Positions 1-37,275 of a stretch of DNA of 64,000 bases are shown piece by piece. The position numbers and the translations under genes were made by a program. The notes beneath the pieces were generated by a model. The model was not told the origin of the DNA. It made no database searches and was given only the letters and a program-made list of their open reading frames with translations. The stretch is from Phoronis australis (lineage: Eukaryota > Animalia > Phoronida), in assembly GCA_002633005.1 (NCBI GenBank), contig NMRA01000127.1, positions 504,438 to 568,437 on the forward strand. Reading direction: 5' to 3'. Each line of letters starts with the position of its first letter. Within the stretch, counting starts at the first letter, position 1.

Positions 1-3000
1 GTTCGGATAAACCCCGAAGGGAGGACCATTGAGTGGTTAAAAAATTTGTCTGAATAATTAGTAAGATTCAGATTGTAGCAAGCCCTTGACTGAGTATAGC
101 GATTTACCGGTAACATTTTATAGATTGAGACCATTTTAGGTTATCTAGGACATTAAACGACCTCAACTCCAAGTCAAGTATTGAATATACTATGCTTTGT
201 CGACCATTAAAAGTACATATTTTCTGAAAGGAGAAAGTTCAAGGATTCTACAAATATGTTTTTTACTACTGTGTATTTATTGTTGTAACGTGACCATGTT
301 CTTAAGTCAAATTGTCATGTGCAAAGCTGGTACATTCGTAGCAAAATAACCTCATAGAAACTTAACGTTTTGTCTCAAATACGCTGTACGGAATTTTTGA
401 TTATTCACTTAATTCGGGTTTTATACCAAGTTAACTCGCAAAAACACGAGGCATTTTTGTAAAAAAACGGCGGTGTCATTTGTACACGAAAACTAGACAT
501 TTTAAAGCAGTATAACAATGTTGAGACAATCGACAATCTTATTGAATTTAATGAAATCATGATATCTGAGTCCCTTGATTGGTGCCCTACAAAGAAGTTG
601 TGATCTTGATGGTGTTTAAATTGCCTTTTTTCCATTTACACTTTTGGCTTCTGTGATCCAAGGTGAACCTGCTTATCTCCTAGACACCTATAGTAAACCC
701 CTGGCCCCTGATCCCTCGGGTTGGCCATTTCCATCTTTAGTGTTAGTGTGTTTGTTTGTTTGTGTGTTGGTGTGCAGGGTATGCATTGTTCCTCCCTCAT
801 GGCCTGCATAGGTGTTTTTGTTCTCGCTATCAGTGTTCTTTGATCATTTACATTGTTCTTCTCTTAACCAATTGTAGTTCTTTTCTTGTTTACTTCGTTT
901 CAGTTATTACAATCTTTGTTTTTTTCTCGTCTACCTCATTACGTTTTTTATGAACATTGTTTTTCTCCTAAACAATTGTTTGTATTGACTAGCTCAACTG
1001 CTGGCAAGCGGTTTCTTCGCGTACTTTGTAACTGGTTTGTTCAGGGGCGCGAAATGAGTCCCACATCGAATGTTAAACTTGGAAGTATGACAAAGGGATA
1101 CATTGTAAATTAACTTTGGAATTTTACTGTAGGAAATATCAAAGAATATCATGTGTTTTCATGATGTCTTTTTTTTCATAAAGTTGGAAAGCAGGTATTT
1201 TGGACTATATGTATGAATACTGCTGCGAATCAACGTGAGAAATGATTTGAGTTTACAAGAACTAAACTGCGGTTAGTGAGGAAAGAACTGTGGCTAGTAA
1301 GAAAAGAAGTATGTGAATAAGAAGAGGGCTTTCTCAATGCTAATGCCTGTGAGGGAGGAAGGTGCGTGCGTGTGTGCTTCCCAGTGGGTGACTAACCGGA
1401 CTGGATTGGTGGCATCCTCGTTTCACTGCTGTAGACTGGATACCCAAGGATATGTCCTCTGTGGTCTTGTTGAAACAAAGGATGTATCGCGTTTCCAATG
1501 TGGTTATTTTAAGGGCATAATGCCCAAACGCCTAATGACTGTACAATAAGGCGGACTGTAGAAATGGACTGTGGAATGTGTAAGTCATTAGCGTTAGTGA
1601 TTTGAAATGCAGGCGCGGAGATTTTACTAAACATAGTAAATAGTCCTACTATGCTCAGATGAACCCAGCTCTTCAAAAATGTATGAAGAAGCTTATCAAA
1701 CAAATGCTGTAAGAATTTGAGTACTAAACAGCTAACTGAACTAAGTTGAATAAATGACAAATCGTTTTCTTATGAAGTGGATAATTCAGGATCCGTGTGA
1801 GGGAAGTACATTTTACGAATAAAAAGCTCAAAAGTATGAGAAGTGCTGGGCATATTGAAATAATTTTAGAAAAAGCAAGTCTTGTCCTGAGTGTTGAAAA
1901 GAGAAAAACAAGAGGTTATATTTAGCACTAATGGGATGTGGTGTTATTTAAGTCTGTTGTATAGACCTCTCTGTGCTGATACATTTTTTCTAGGATGTTT
2001 GTCAGAGTAGTAGGAACGCCTATGGTGGCTATTTAGGTCAGTACTAATCACTAAAAATCCACTTTCAAAGACCAAAGCTTTGCTGCAAATGCCCTTAAAG
2101 TTTGCTAAAGGTTGTATGGCAACATCTGGGCTGTGAAAACAATTACGTAAAACATTCTTACTTTGCCCATACAGGTTAACACTCATTGCATGTAAAAGGA
2201 GAAACTAAATAATTTTGAATTTAGGTGGAGCGAATGGAGCAAAATACAAAAGTTATTAACATTTTGGGATGGAGTGAGGCCAAACGTTGTGGTTAAACTA
2301 AACTGAAATGGCAATAGTTATTTTTGTTGAGCATTTTGACAAAAGATGTCGACTTCTGTGTTGTATTCTATCCAAAACTGAAGATTTTTTAACGTCACTT
2401 GCATCACTCATTCAACCCTTCCTCACTTTTCTGTAGTTTCAGCTGTGTCTCACAAAAATACTGGCTATTTCCTCCTTAGGTTTACAGTATTGCTAAAAAT
2501 GCTGAAAATTCGAGAAAGTTTTGTTTGTGAAGAGTTTGTACCACAACCTGTATCATGTTTCTGATCCCTCTTCTCCTCGCGATATTTCAATTTGTTCCAG
2601 AGATGAATCCACCACCCACTTTCATTTTCTGTGATCAGTAGCCAGGTACTATGGCATTACAAGACTATCACGTAGGCCTCAACATATGACCGCCTACTCT
2701 TGTAGCCTCCAAGTCACTAGAGTGCAAGTCACTGAGTGTTTACTCAGAACTGATTACACATAAGTTATGAATTCACATTAGTCCATGAGCAGTGACCACT
2801 CCATGGACTGGGCAATTGGTAAATAGTTTGGTTTGAAAGGTAATGCTGTACTTAGCTGACTTTATGTGTATTTTATTGTATGATGCCAGTTGGTCAAGAT
2901 TTCATAAATCAGGGTCTTTTCCCACTCAGTCACTTATGGCGTTTTGACATAAACAATGAATTGGGATTGAGATTTCTCGTTAGCTTTTTACTCAGCAGTT

Positions 3001-6000
3001 GCTGTTGTGCGTAACAGTACTGTTGCGCTGTTGTTGATGTTTTTTTCAAATGTTCACTGTTTTGCCATTATTATCACTTTGTTTATTTTCCGGCTTTATG
3101 TACGGTGTACCTGAGTGCCGTCTTGTGAGATTTATGTGTATTTGTATACACACATTTAAATTATCCCTTTTCAATTTTGCAATGTTTGCAATATACTTGC
3201 AGAAATTTTCATTGGATGTTCGGTCGCTTGGGAAACTTTTAAGTCACACATTGGAAAGTTTCTGTGTGTTCAGAAAGTCACCATAGGATCAAGAAAAATG
3301 AATAGTTTTAAGCTACAGTATGTTTTTTCTAATGTTGATCAAATGTGATAAATATAAGACGAAATCGTTGTATTTGTGACATATTTTGAATGTTAGGATT
3401 GTGCTGTTAACGCCATCTGCCAGGTGTTCCACAACACTTGAGATAGGTGGACACCAACAGTACAATTCACCTTGACCTAGTAATTATTTTTATTATGACC
3501 AGCTATCAGCAGTTCAACAACCTGGTTGTTGACCCTGTCCTGTACAGAGTCTCATCTGGCCCTCTCTCTGTCACTGTCTAGCTGGTTTGGTTTGGCATTG
3601 GCCTGGGTCATGTCCGTCTGTGGTGACGTCCACAAACATCCTGTCTCTGCCAAGTTCAAACCTTCTGGCCAACCAGCCTGTTTAGTCTTGTTTACTTCAT
3701 TCCCACACTTTGTTTACAGTATTTCATTTGCCCAGGATTGTACAAAGCCTTCACATGTACTTGTATGTATTGGTAGGTTTTATTCTGTGCTTGTAAGCTA
3801 TATCCTGTGAGAGACTGTGGTCGTGGCTTAGGGGCTTTGTTCTTTGTGCCTGATGCTCTCACCAAAAGGACATCTGTCCTGTTTGTTGGTCTAATTTATC
3901 ATTAAGTGAAGGTCATTCGCTAATGGTTTTAATGACTTCAGCCAATGATCTTTTTATTGGAAAGTTCATATGTTCTGTAGATTCTAAATTTTGCCATGGA
4001 GTAGCAGTTTTTACACAGATAATCAGTATCTTTTGAACTAATAGCACAATTGAATAGTTATGCTTTTAGAAGAAATCTTGTTCTTTATTTGTTCATCTCA
4101 TTAACAAAGTTAAGTCAGCGATGTCAACGCCTATCTCTGCTTGTCATTGGTTTCATTTAATTCAAACTGAAAGGAAATTGTTTGATTTATAACTTCACTC
4201 ATTTCTAGTGTCTGGTCCATGAGGTCTTTAGTGATGACAGTACTTGTAATTTCGCATGTGGAAACAAGTGTACTTTATTTTACTTCACTTTTTTTCCACT
4301 GGTTATCTTAATTGTTGCTGTCTTAAAAATTGAGTCTATTACCAGTCAACGCATCTGACATTTCTGCTCTGTTGGCCTTAACTACTTCCTCATTTGACAA
4401 TTCTCATTTGCAATTCATTGCGTCATTCGGTAATTTCAATCTTGCAATAGATTCAAGTCATTATCACTTAATGTTAATTAGCCAGTTCAATGTATTTTCC
4501 TGTCTGTGTTCTGTTCTTGCTGTTGTTCATGAATATTACCACAACTTTGTGAGGGATAGCACACGGCTGACTAGATCCGCGAGTGCTTATTGATTTTAGC
4601 TAATAACTGAAGTTGCAAATCTCATCAATATCGGGCTGTTAATTACACTGGCATTTGTGGAAGAGATGTTAGGAAGTTGCAGCTTTGAATCATGTTTAGT
4701 TCTACTGCCTGTCACAGGGGGGCGTAACACTGTTGGCAATGCGCAGATCCAGGCCTTTTGTAACCTGTTGATGCCTGTCCATATTGCATTTTGTATAAAG
4801 AGACAATCCTGGTGTAATTGTTCTTACAGGAGGGGCTGGATACGTGCTTGGTGATGTTGATGAAGTACGAGTCCTCTTTTTTGTCTTATTCTGCACTTAT
4901 TTAGCGCGCAATATGGCCGACAAGTGGAATTTTATATTGACAAAATTCTCCACTAAAATAATGCTTAAGAAAATTTTAGTCCGTCACTATCCTGGATTGT
5001 ATTATGAAAATATCCTAAAGTATTGTCTTTATGTGTACCAAGGTAATCAGGTATTGAAAAAATGGCACTTACTGCGTATAATTAGTTGGAGATAAGTATT
5101 CCATCTATGTAGGTTGAGAACAGAATTGCAATGCTGTTCATATTTATGAGAATGAGTTTCAGGTAATTGCCAGGTATGGAAGTTGAAAGCTAGTAAAACA
5201 AGAGACAATTGGTTTTGTTCCAAATTAAAGACATGGTACTGTAGGTTAATATCCTGACTTGGCTCATTTGTCTTGACTTGTCTGGTCTTGGCTCGTTAAT
5301 GTTGATTTGTTGGTCTTGATTCATTGGTCGTTCATTGACCTTTTTGGCAAGGTAAACTATATCATTCTGCAGTGACATGCAGTGCAATAAATATGGTTAT
5401 TTATCGTCTCATGAACATTGTACAGTTAAATACGTTGTTGGAAAGTATTTATTACCTGTTGAGTAGCTCCGTGGGTTCTTCAGCGATTTGATAACGTTAG
5501 GTATTTAAGTATTCTTCAGTGGCACGTTCTTTCTGCTTGAAATCGCTGGCCAGATGAGCATCTTGGATTCAACAGATTGGGACAGAAAATGAACCTTAGC
5601 AGTCGAAACTAGCAGTCAGTGAGTGAGACTTTTGAGCTTAAGACAATTGTGGAAATGTTTTAACAGAAAATTGTTTTGAAGATCCGAAACCCTCTCGTAC
5701 TCTGATGCATTTCAGTGTCCTGAATAAAAAAATCTCAACGAATTTTTTCTGTAATCGCTAATTATTAATGAAAATCATTGAATTGCGTAAATATTCAGTA
5801 ACCATTGTTGCAAGCTCAGAAGGTGTCACTGTTGGTTGTTGTGGAAGGAGGTTGGCCTGTGATTGTTGTTAGTGTAACACACTGTCGACTTCTCCAAATA
5901 TTGATTAGTCTCTCATTGTCAGCTTGCAAGCGGTGTCAATTGAATATCGTGTTATAGTAATGATCAGTTTGTTATATACTGGTTTTGGTTTTTGATTGCT

Positions 6001-6971
6001 ACAGAATGGGAAATCTGGAAACAAAATATGTTTCCTGCTAGGGTCATTGCACGCGTCCAGAACCCTCGAGCTGTCATGTCCGTCCCAGCCGATGTGTGAT
6101 GGTAAAAAACTGGTGGTGTAAACCCGCGCGATTTATTAACCAAAATTAAACAAAGAGACTCATTAAAATTCATACTCAGTAATATGGTTGATGACTTAGT
6201 TTGCATGAATACAATTAATGAACAAAATATTCATTTTTTATCTTTTTAAATGCCGATTGTCTTGCTACCAATAATAGAAACTTTTCCAAATATTATATTA
6301 ATGCAGAGCAATCCAAGCTAATATACGTCACAACTTCCTAAATCTTGGTTTTTGTTGATCTATTGGATAATCTACAAAATATCGTGTCCATTATATTACC
6401 CTATGTGCTAAATAATGTAATTATTATCACAACTCTAGTCCAGTGGGCGGGTGCACACACGCGATCTCACCTTGGTAATTATTATTCAATCCGATTTTCC
6501 ATTTTGCTTTCTAGTTGTACCATTCTATGGCCAATCGTCTTAATATTTAATTCATTGCCTATAATGAGGCATTATGCTCAGGCTCTGCTTAATGTGCTGA
6601 GTAACTGTATTTAGTTCCGTAAGTTATTGTTTAGTTTTTCCTCACACATGATGTGTGCCATAGAAACACTTTTCTGTCTAGGCTTGGCGAAAGCGTATGT
6701 TTTCTAAGTTGATGCAATTTCTGTTTTTATCTCCAATTAGGATTAATTGGTTACCACATTAAAACGTTTTGATTTTAGTCTTTTATCAAGGCATTATTTG
6801 TGTCAGTATTGACTTTGTTTCCATGTTGTATAAAGACTGGGTGGTATCAATGTATTATTTGAAGTATAGTAATGCCTCATTGTTTCCATGTGGTATAAAG
6901 AATGTGTCTGATAGTGGTTCCACATCAGGTTCATTTATATTATGATGTGTCTGCAACAGAATGATACCATT

Positions 6972-7402
6972 TAAATGGCCATCAACCTGCCTTCCAGTTG
7001 CAGTAAAGTGGCCATCAACCTACGTACCACTTGCAGTAAAATGGCCATCAGCCTACCTACCATTTGCAGTAAAATGGCCATCAACCTACCTACCAGTTGC
7101 AGTAAAGTGGCCATCAGCCTACCTACCATTTGCAGTAAAATTGCCATCAACCTACCTACCAGTAGCAGTAAATTTGTTGCCAGTCTAACTAGTACCTACC
7201 AGTTGCAGTGAAGTGGCCATCAGCCTACCTAGTACCTACCAGTTGTAGTAAAGTTGCCATCAGCCTACCTAGTACCTACCAGTTGTAGTAAAGTGGCCAT
7301 CAGCCTACCTAGTACCTACCAGTTGTAGTAAAGTTGCCATCAGCCTACCTAGTACCTACCAGTTGTAGTAAAGTGGCCATCAACCTACCAAGTACCTACC
7401 AG
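6972..7402. repeat. Minisatellite: about 6 x 33-bp units followed by 5 x 40-bp units
   Basis: 33-mer gcagtaaagtggccatcarcctacctaccagtt, then 40-mer agttgtagtaaagtkgccatcagcctacctagtacctacc (7201-7400). Confidence 0.95.
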
Positions 7403-8516
7403 GTGCAACATTCAACTTTTGATTTAGACCACTTTCCATTCCTAAATGAGCCTCCAGCATTGTTTCCTAGTCAAATTAGAGGTGATTTCTTAGCTTGGAA
7501 AGGACTGGCATATTCATTATTGCTGTGACCAGGCCTGTCATGCCGGGAGTGGCATTTTATGTGCCAAGCATTGTCTTGGGGAATAACTAAGTGAAGTGAG
7601 ATGGGTTTAATAGTGCTAACTATTTTAAGGCACTAGATAGAACATGCCATGTGTTTATAGCTTTTGGAGCAGACATGGAATGGTTTAAGCATCATCATTT
7701 TGAGGGTGTTTTTAAAATTGTTTTCATATAGATTTTTAAAACTGCCTTTCACCCTGTTTACTAGTTGGCTAAAAACAAATTGAATTAGGACTATAACTCT
7801 AAGAAATTTGATCTCGTAATATTCTTTTATGTGTATGAATTCCATTTCTATTACATGAATTTGAAAATGGCGCATGTACACATTGCCAGTGCCTAGAGTT
7901 TTCAGGTCATTTGGCAACAATTTAACATCGATAAGTCTGGTAATGTTTTTAAATAGTTAATTGCTTGGTTAAGGATTCAACATTTACAGTTAAACAGCGG
8001 AGTAATTTCCCTGTAAGTACAGCATTTCCCTGTTGAATTTTTAATTATAAAAAGTACTAGCAAAGCAAAAACGTTTGCAAACAAAAGCAATTTTGTGAAG
8101 TTGTCGTTTTCTTATATCATGAATAAGTATTAACGACTTTCGTGACAGTAATTGAGTGGGAAACGTTAATACTTTGGGAGCCACCACAAACGGATATCTA
8201 TAACCTGGGTTGTCTGCCAAAAGTGAAATTCATCTCGCATCGTTCATTGCTAACCGTAAACTGTGTTACAGTGATTGGTGTATATCTAGTGCACAGGATT
8301 AGTTGTTGTTAGGAGGAGCAATAATTAATTTTAATTGGTTATTGATGGTAATCGTCTAAACACTTGGGTCACCTCGCCGGCATACTGTGAAGATTTACGC
8401 TCGCAAGGAAACCAACACGTATGATATTTGCCTCACCGCTTTGCGAAGCAAAATCCTCACAGTTCGTTTTGTTGCAGATATGAGCTGTGAGCTGATCTCA
8501 GTAGCATTGAGGTGCA

Positions 8517-8599
8517 TAGCTCTCAGTCTGTTCTGGGCCTCGGTAGCTTTCAGTCTGTTCTGGGCCTCGGTAGCTCTCAGTCTGTTCTGGGCCTCGGTA
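8517..8599. repeat. 27-bp tandem repeat x3
   Basis: tagctytcagtctgttctgggcctcgg three times. Confidence 0.9.
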
Positions 8600-10678
8600 T
8601 CCAAAATTCTGTTATTTGTAGTTTGCCTTGAAGAAGTTGTGCTGTTGTACTTATCACGCTAGTACACATAGGGTGTAGTGTTATGAAGAAGTGATTGTGA
8701 CCCAATATCCAGGCCTGTGGCTGGCTGTTGTGTCTGTGTTGGGTTGAACAGACAGGAAGTGGCTTATTTGATCCTGAAGTCGGACAAAAGACACATATTC
8801 CTACTTATGTGGAGGTCATTTGCTGGTAGTTTCCAAGGTCGAATGCCAGCTAATAATCTGTAGATGCCCTGATGAAGATGTGTTTTGGAGTTCGTGTTGT
8901 GTTGAATTTTTGCATAGAAAACGCAAAGATGAAAGATTGTCAATGATTTCCTTGTTTGTCCATCATTGACACAGTTTTAGTCTTGACAAACGAGTGAAAT
9001 TCACTGAATTATTGACAGTTCAAATACAGATTTTGAACTACACCTCCGGGTTCATGTTACTGTTTCATGAAATGTGACTGAGGCTGAATTCAGAAATTTG
9101 ATTTCCACTTCAAATTTTTTGTAGTATGATTTGTTAGCACATTATAGTTTATCCATAATTTTCCAAGTTAAATGATTTGGTAGCAGTTCTGAGTGTATTG
9201 TCAGAGGCTGTGCTCTGCTGCATTGCCACAAAATTATTTTTGAAATGGCCAGGTGCAGCGTTGGGTGTAATACCACACTGAAGCCTTGAGTCACTTTCTG
9301 TGAAACAGGCTCCTGATATATTTAGATATGACAGCAAGACAAGACACGATAGAGTTAAAATTTTCTGAACCCTTTTTTAGAAATCCGGTTCATCCTGCCC
9401 AGTGTTCTTATTTACGTAATTAGAACCTATATGATCTGATGTTCAATTCAATAATATCAGTTGATTTCAGTAGCGTTAAAAACACTGACATGACTTCATG
9501 TCTTAAGGGGTAGCTGTTTTACAGGTGAAATTTTTTTATCTGATTTTCATGTGCTAGGTTTGATAGCCAGACAAGATTTAGCTACAGCAGCGATAAAACT
9601 GCCTGAATAATGAATGTGCGAAATCACGCCAGCAGGTGGCATCAAAAGTGTTTCCAGTCAAGAAGAGCGTTGTGGCTAATGATGATTAATGTATTATCTG
9701 TTTTGCTTTCTAATACTGTACCTTGAAAGGAACTTGTTCTGGAACAGTCAATATGGGGGCCTTATCCATGTTTGCCATAATTGCCCATGAGGGTGCCTGG
9801 CTATGTTGGCTTCTCCAGTGCAGTTTCTGAGGGCGTGTGTTAATTCATGAACATTAGTCTCACTAGGTAACTGAACTCCAGTCAACCCCTGCTTGTAAAC
9901 AGTCAAACAGTGGACATAATTATTCATGAAAGTGAATGAATAATCTATAAATTGGGTGGTGGGATTTGCAAGTGCCCTGGTTTGTTTATTCCTCAACTGT
10001 CAGGGGGCAGCACCGCTTGAGCGGTGAGGCACAGATGGCTTGAGTTGTGAGGCACAGGTTTCATGGCTTGCAAAATGCTCGACTGTTTTACTAAATTAAC
10101 TGAACAGAATATGACCATGGTAATGCAAAGCTGTGTTCTACGTGCAAGGTGTACAGTAGTTTTGTGGATTTCTGAATTAGTACTGTTGGCACAGTTATAT
10201 TTCTGAACATTTTAACTCCGGAAGTAAAGGTTAGACAAGTGTTGCTTTTGTACTCGTCTGTTAAAATGATGAATTTACCTCATCATTTAAACCGTGTAAT
10301 TGTTTTCTTTGGTATATGCAATATCCAGTCATACTTGGAAAACAGTTTTTGTCTGGGTGTGCCTTGGCTTTCGTATTCCTTTACTCCATAGAAATTAGCT
10401 GTGACCTAGCATACCTTGTTAAACGTCAAGATGGAATTTTAGCATTCCAGCTGACCAACATTTTCCAACCCCTTAACACCGAAGCATCGACGTCAGTGGT
10501 AAAGGTCTTACAGTCTAGTTCTACCCTCTTTTAGCAAGGTCTTGGTTATTGCCATAGCACGTTCCAGTTGCCTAGATATTGTATGTGGAGTGCATATTAA
10601 GCATTATTTTCCTTATGGTTAATACCATGTTAATGTATTGGCAACTGGTTTTATCACATGCTTACCTTCTCTCTGCAG

Positions 10679-34460
<23,782 letters not shown>

Positions 34461-37275
34461 ATGAACAGTGGCCAATGTTCTCAACCTGTTGATAGCAGGA
34501 GAATTAGGCAGGACTAACTTATGTGGAGTTTTGTCTCAAAATGGCAGCAAGATTGTGGCGAGCAATTTGGAACTTTTACAAAAGTCAATGGACTCGTGAG
34601 TTGTTGCCGTTTCCAAGGAAACAGTGACCAAACATTGTATTCAGTGATGGATGGTTGTTGGGAGCGAATCTTTTCACCGAAACGCAGCGTTGGATGTGTC
34701 CAGATTACCGAGGTTGTGGGAACAGGTTGTGTCGTGGTCCAATTGTGCGCTGTTCATGACCAACGTTTAAGGGTGCGCGACGTGTTGTACATAGAAATTG
34801 ATGTAGTCGCCTGCGTGTGTGTTTGACAACTGTACATACAATAGAACAAAAATATGTTAGAAAGAGCCAGGATGTCCTACTACGGGCTGTAAGCCATTCA
34901 ACCATATGTGTGAACTGCTTCTAAGAGATAATTTTGGAAATATTTTGGTTTTTTGTGTCTTCCTAAGTTGAGCGGCATACCTCACCAGTGTCTCTCTGTG
35001 CCTATATCTTTAAGATGAACAATGTCATATCAAAAACGTGTGTTTGGTTAAAATCAAACTACTGGTTTTTGTTACCACTTTAGGTGAAAGAAATAAAATT
35101 AATAGCAATTTTTTTTTTCTCAATCAAAAAGTGCTACTTATAATTATGATGAAATCTACAGTGTTGACTTTGTTGCAACAGTCTCAATTATGCTGGACAC
35201 ACTAAAAATATTTAAGCGAGTTATCATTATTGCAGTGTTAATAATAATGATTCTAATATATTGAAATTAATTTATGAAGTATTTTATTTTATGTATTTTG
35301 GATCTACTGTGGGATCGACAGTTTATTTATAGTGAACGTTTTCTGTGTATACCCATTAATTTATAAACTAGTTGTATGAAAGATTGTTTTAATTTAAGCA
35401 CTATGAGTTGAAAATTCATGGACATTTTAAATTAAATACAGTTTGTGATAGTGTTTTCCAAAGAAGCGTCTCATTTTACTTATAAAAGGTGGTGGCATTG
35501 AGTAGCGAGCCACGCAATTGGTGTATCCTTGAGCTGGTATGGTCCAGTATAGCTGTGTACAGAAATGTTGTATTTTGTGGTATGTTCTTGTTTTAAGGGC
35601 CTGTGCTTTGTCTGCCCAGTACGTATTATTGATGATAATCAATATTAATAATGTTATTGGATTAAGAATAGGGTAGGCTTATTAAATATTTGTAAATATA
35701 TTTTAATATCGAATACTCAATCATGGCTCTTATAGATGTTGTAGTAAGCTTTTAATGTGAACAATTTGTATTATTTTATTACGAGTAGAGTGGGCTGGTT
35801 GCGTGTTTTAGTCAATGGACCATCGCTAATACTCTGCGCAACCAGATTATTTTTATCAAACGATTTTATTACATTCTAAAAATCCTTTAGGTTCATGCAA
35901 CATATGAACCATTGTCACGAATTTTTCTAGTCATTTCTAAACAAATATAATTGTTCGCCTAATTTCTAAGCTTTGTTGAAATTGGAATCAAACAGTATTA
36001 TTGCGTTTGAACCGTGTGTAGTCCATTATTAGGTCATGCCTTTGTTGCTTTATACTACTAGGTGCTTGGCAGAATTTGATAATCGTTATTCTTATGAAAT
36101 CTCAGTCGTACAGCTACATTTTAATACTGCCCATTTTCATATCATCTCAACATATCAGTGTTGAGTAATATCTCGGAATGGCATATCTCTAGTGTTTTCA
36201 TCGATACCCGCTTTTAGGACTACCATTCGCAGACTTGAATTTTTTTATTGACCGGCTGTTCCTGTTCAGGTCTCACTTATTCATGTTTGTGCAAATGAGC
36301 TTAAGGTCAAGTAGTAGATTGACCTTCTCCCTTGTCAAAGCAGTTATCATTAACTGTTGTTGATGGTTCAGTTCAGCTGGCAGCATTACCGAAATATACA
36401 GTTTTGCTTGGATGACAACATAGTCTCGATCACTGCGTTTTAGTTGACCGGATTTGGAAACTCATACTTTTTTGCAAACTGAATGTCTGTCTCCACATAT
36501 TGCCTTAAAGCTATGTGTATATATACGTGTTGGAAATTGTAAATAAGTCGTGTTCATGATGAAAAGCTTTGAGATGACACGTCATTCAGCTGTCTTATAA
36601 AGCCTTGTGTATGCGCTGTACGTTTTACTTGATTTATTTTTGAAAGATCTATTTTACATCTAACCTGAGTTTGAGTAGTTTATATGAAATGAATATTTCT
36701 TTGCTACATCCAGTGTTTTCAACTTTTCTAAGGCTGAACATGTGTCGCCCCATAGCTTGGAATGTCTTAAACACAGCATGTTTGTGGAAGCAGGTACGGG
36801 CAAATGGTCAGAAATTTGTGCGCAGAGTTATTTAAAATGTATTACTTAGCTGAAGACGTGCGAGTCGGGGTTTCAACACAACATAGCCTCAGAATTAATA
36901 CTGGGTAAAACTCTACAGCAGTGTATTTTTGAAGGTATTCGTATGTTGTGTGACCACGTGCTTGCGTTTTCAGGCGTTTCTTGCGTATACGCAACGCAGC
37001 CCTGACATCTCATTCATCACCTTGAAGCTCTCCCTTGAACTCCAAAGGAATTCCGTGATATACCACCATAATTTTAACCTTCTAATGGTATGGAACAAGA
37101 ACCCAGCGTCCACAGACGAGCTGTGTTACACAATGAAGCATTAGATGGCTTGTAGACTTGTACAGATAACGCGTGCAATCCTCTAGTTGTTTTATGCAAC
37201 TTTGTGATTCTGCACCAAAATGTAATTTAGTTGCCTCATTATTTATCTAATAAAACTCTTGGAAACTGAATGAAC
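34461..37275 (+). other. Probable ZMIZ 3' UTR with candidate poly(A) signals at 35092-35097 and 37249-37254
   Basis: T-rich sequence after the stop codon and two AATAAA hexamers; the T/G versus A/C strand skew flips at about 37300. Confidence 0.55.

Noticed and set aside
6961-7211. ORFs with repeated VAVKWPSTYLP / CSKVAINLPT peptides, and a CRISPR-like periodic look
   Set aside because: These are by-products of the 33-bp minisatellite. Units are contiguous with no unique spacers, there are no cas genes, and the context is a eukaryotic intron.
1-10678. N-terminal ZMIZ exons (NDRL..IK, LLDWC.D.RAF, DLDLGYRLL motifs)
   Set aside because: No such translation with splice sites was found by eye. 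The GFCDPR-like text at about 646-662 is followed by a stop. A tBLASTn with a ZMIZ1 N-terminus would settle it.
34461-37260. miRNA seed matches (e.g. tgcctta at 36501, gtgcaat at 37173)
   Set aside because: Single 7-mers in 2.8 kb are expected by chance without conservation data.
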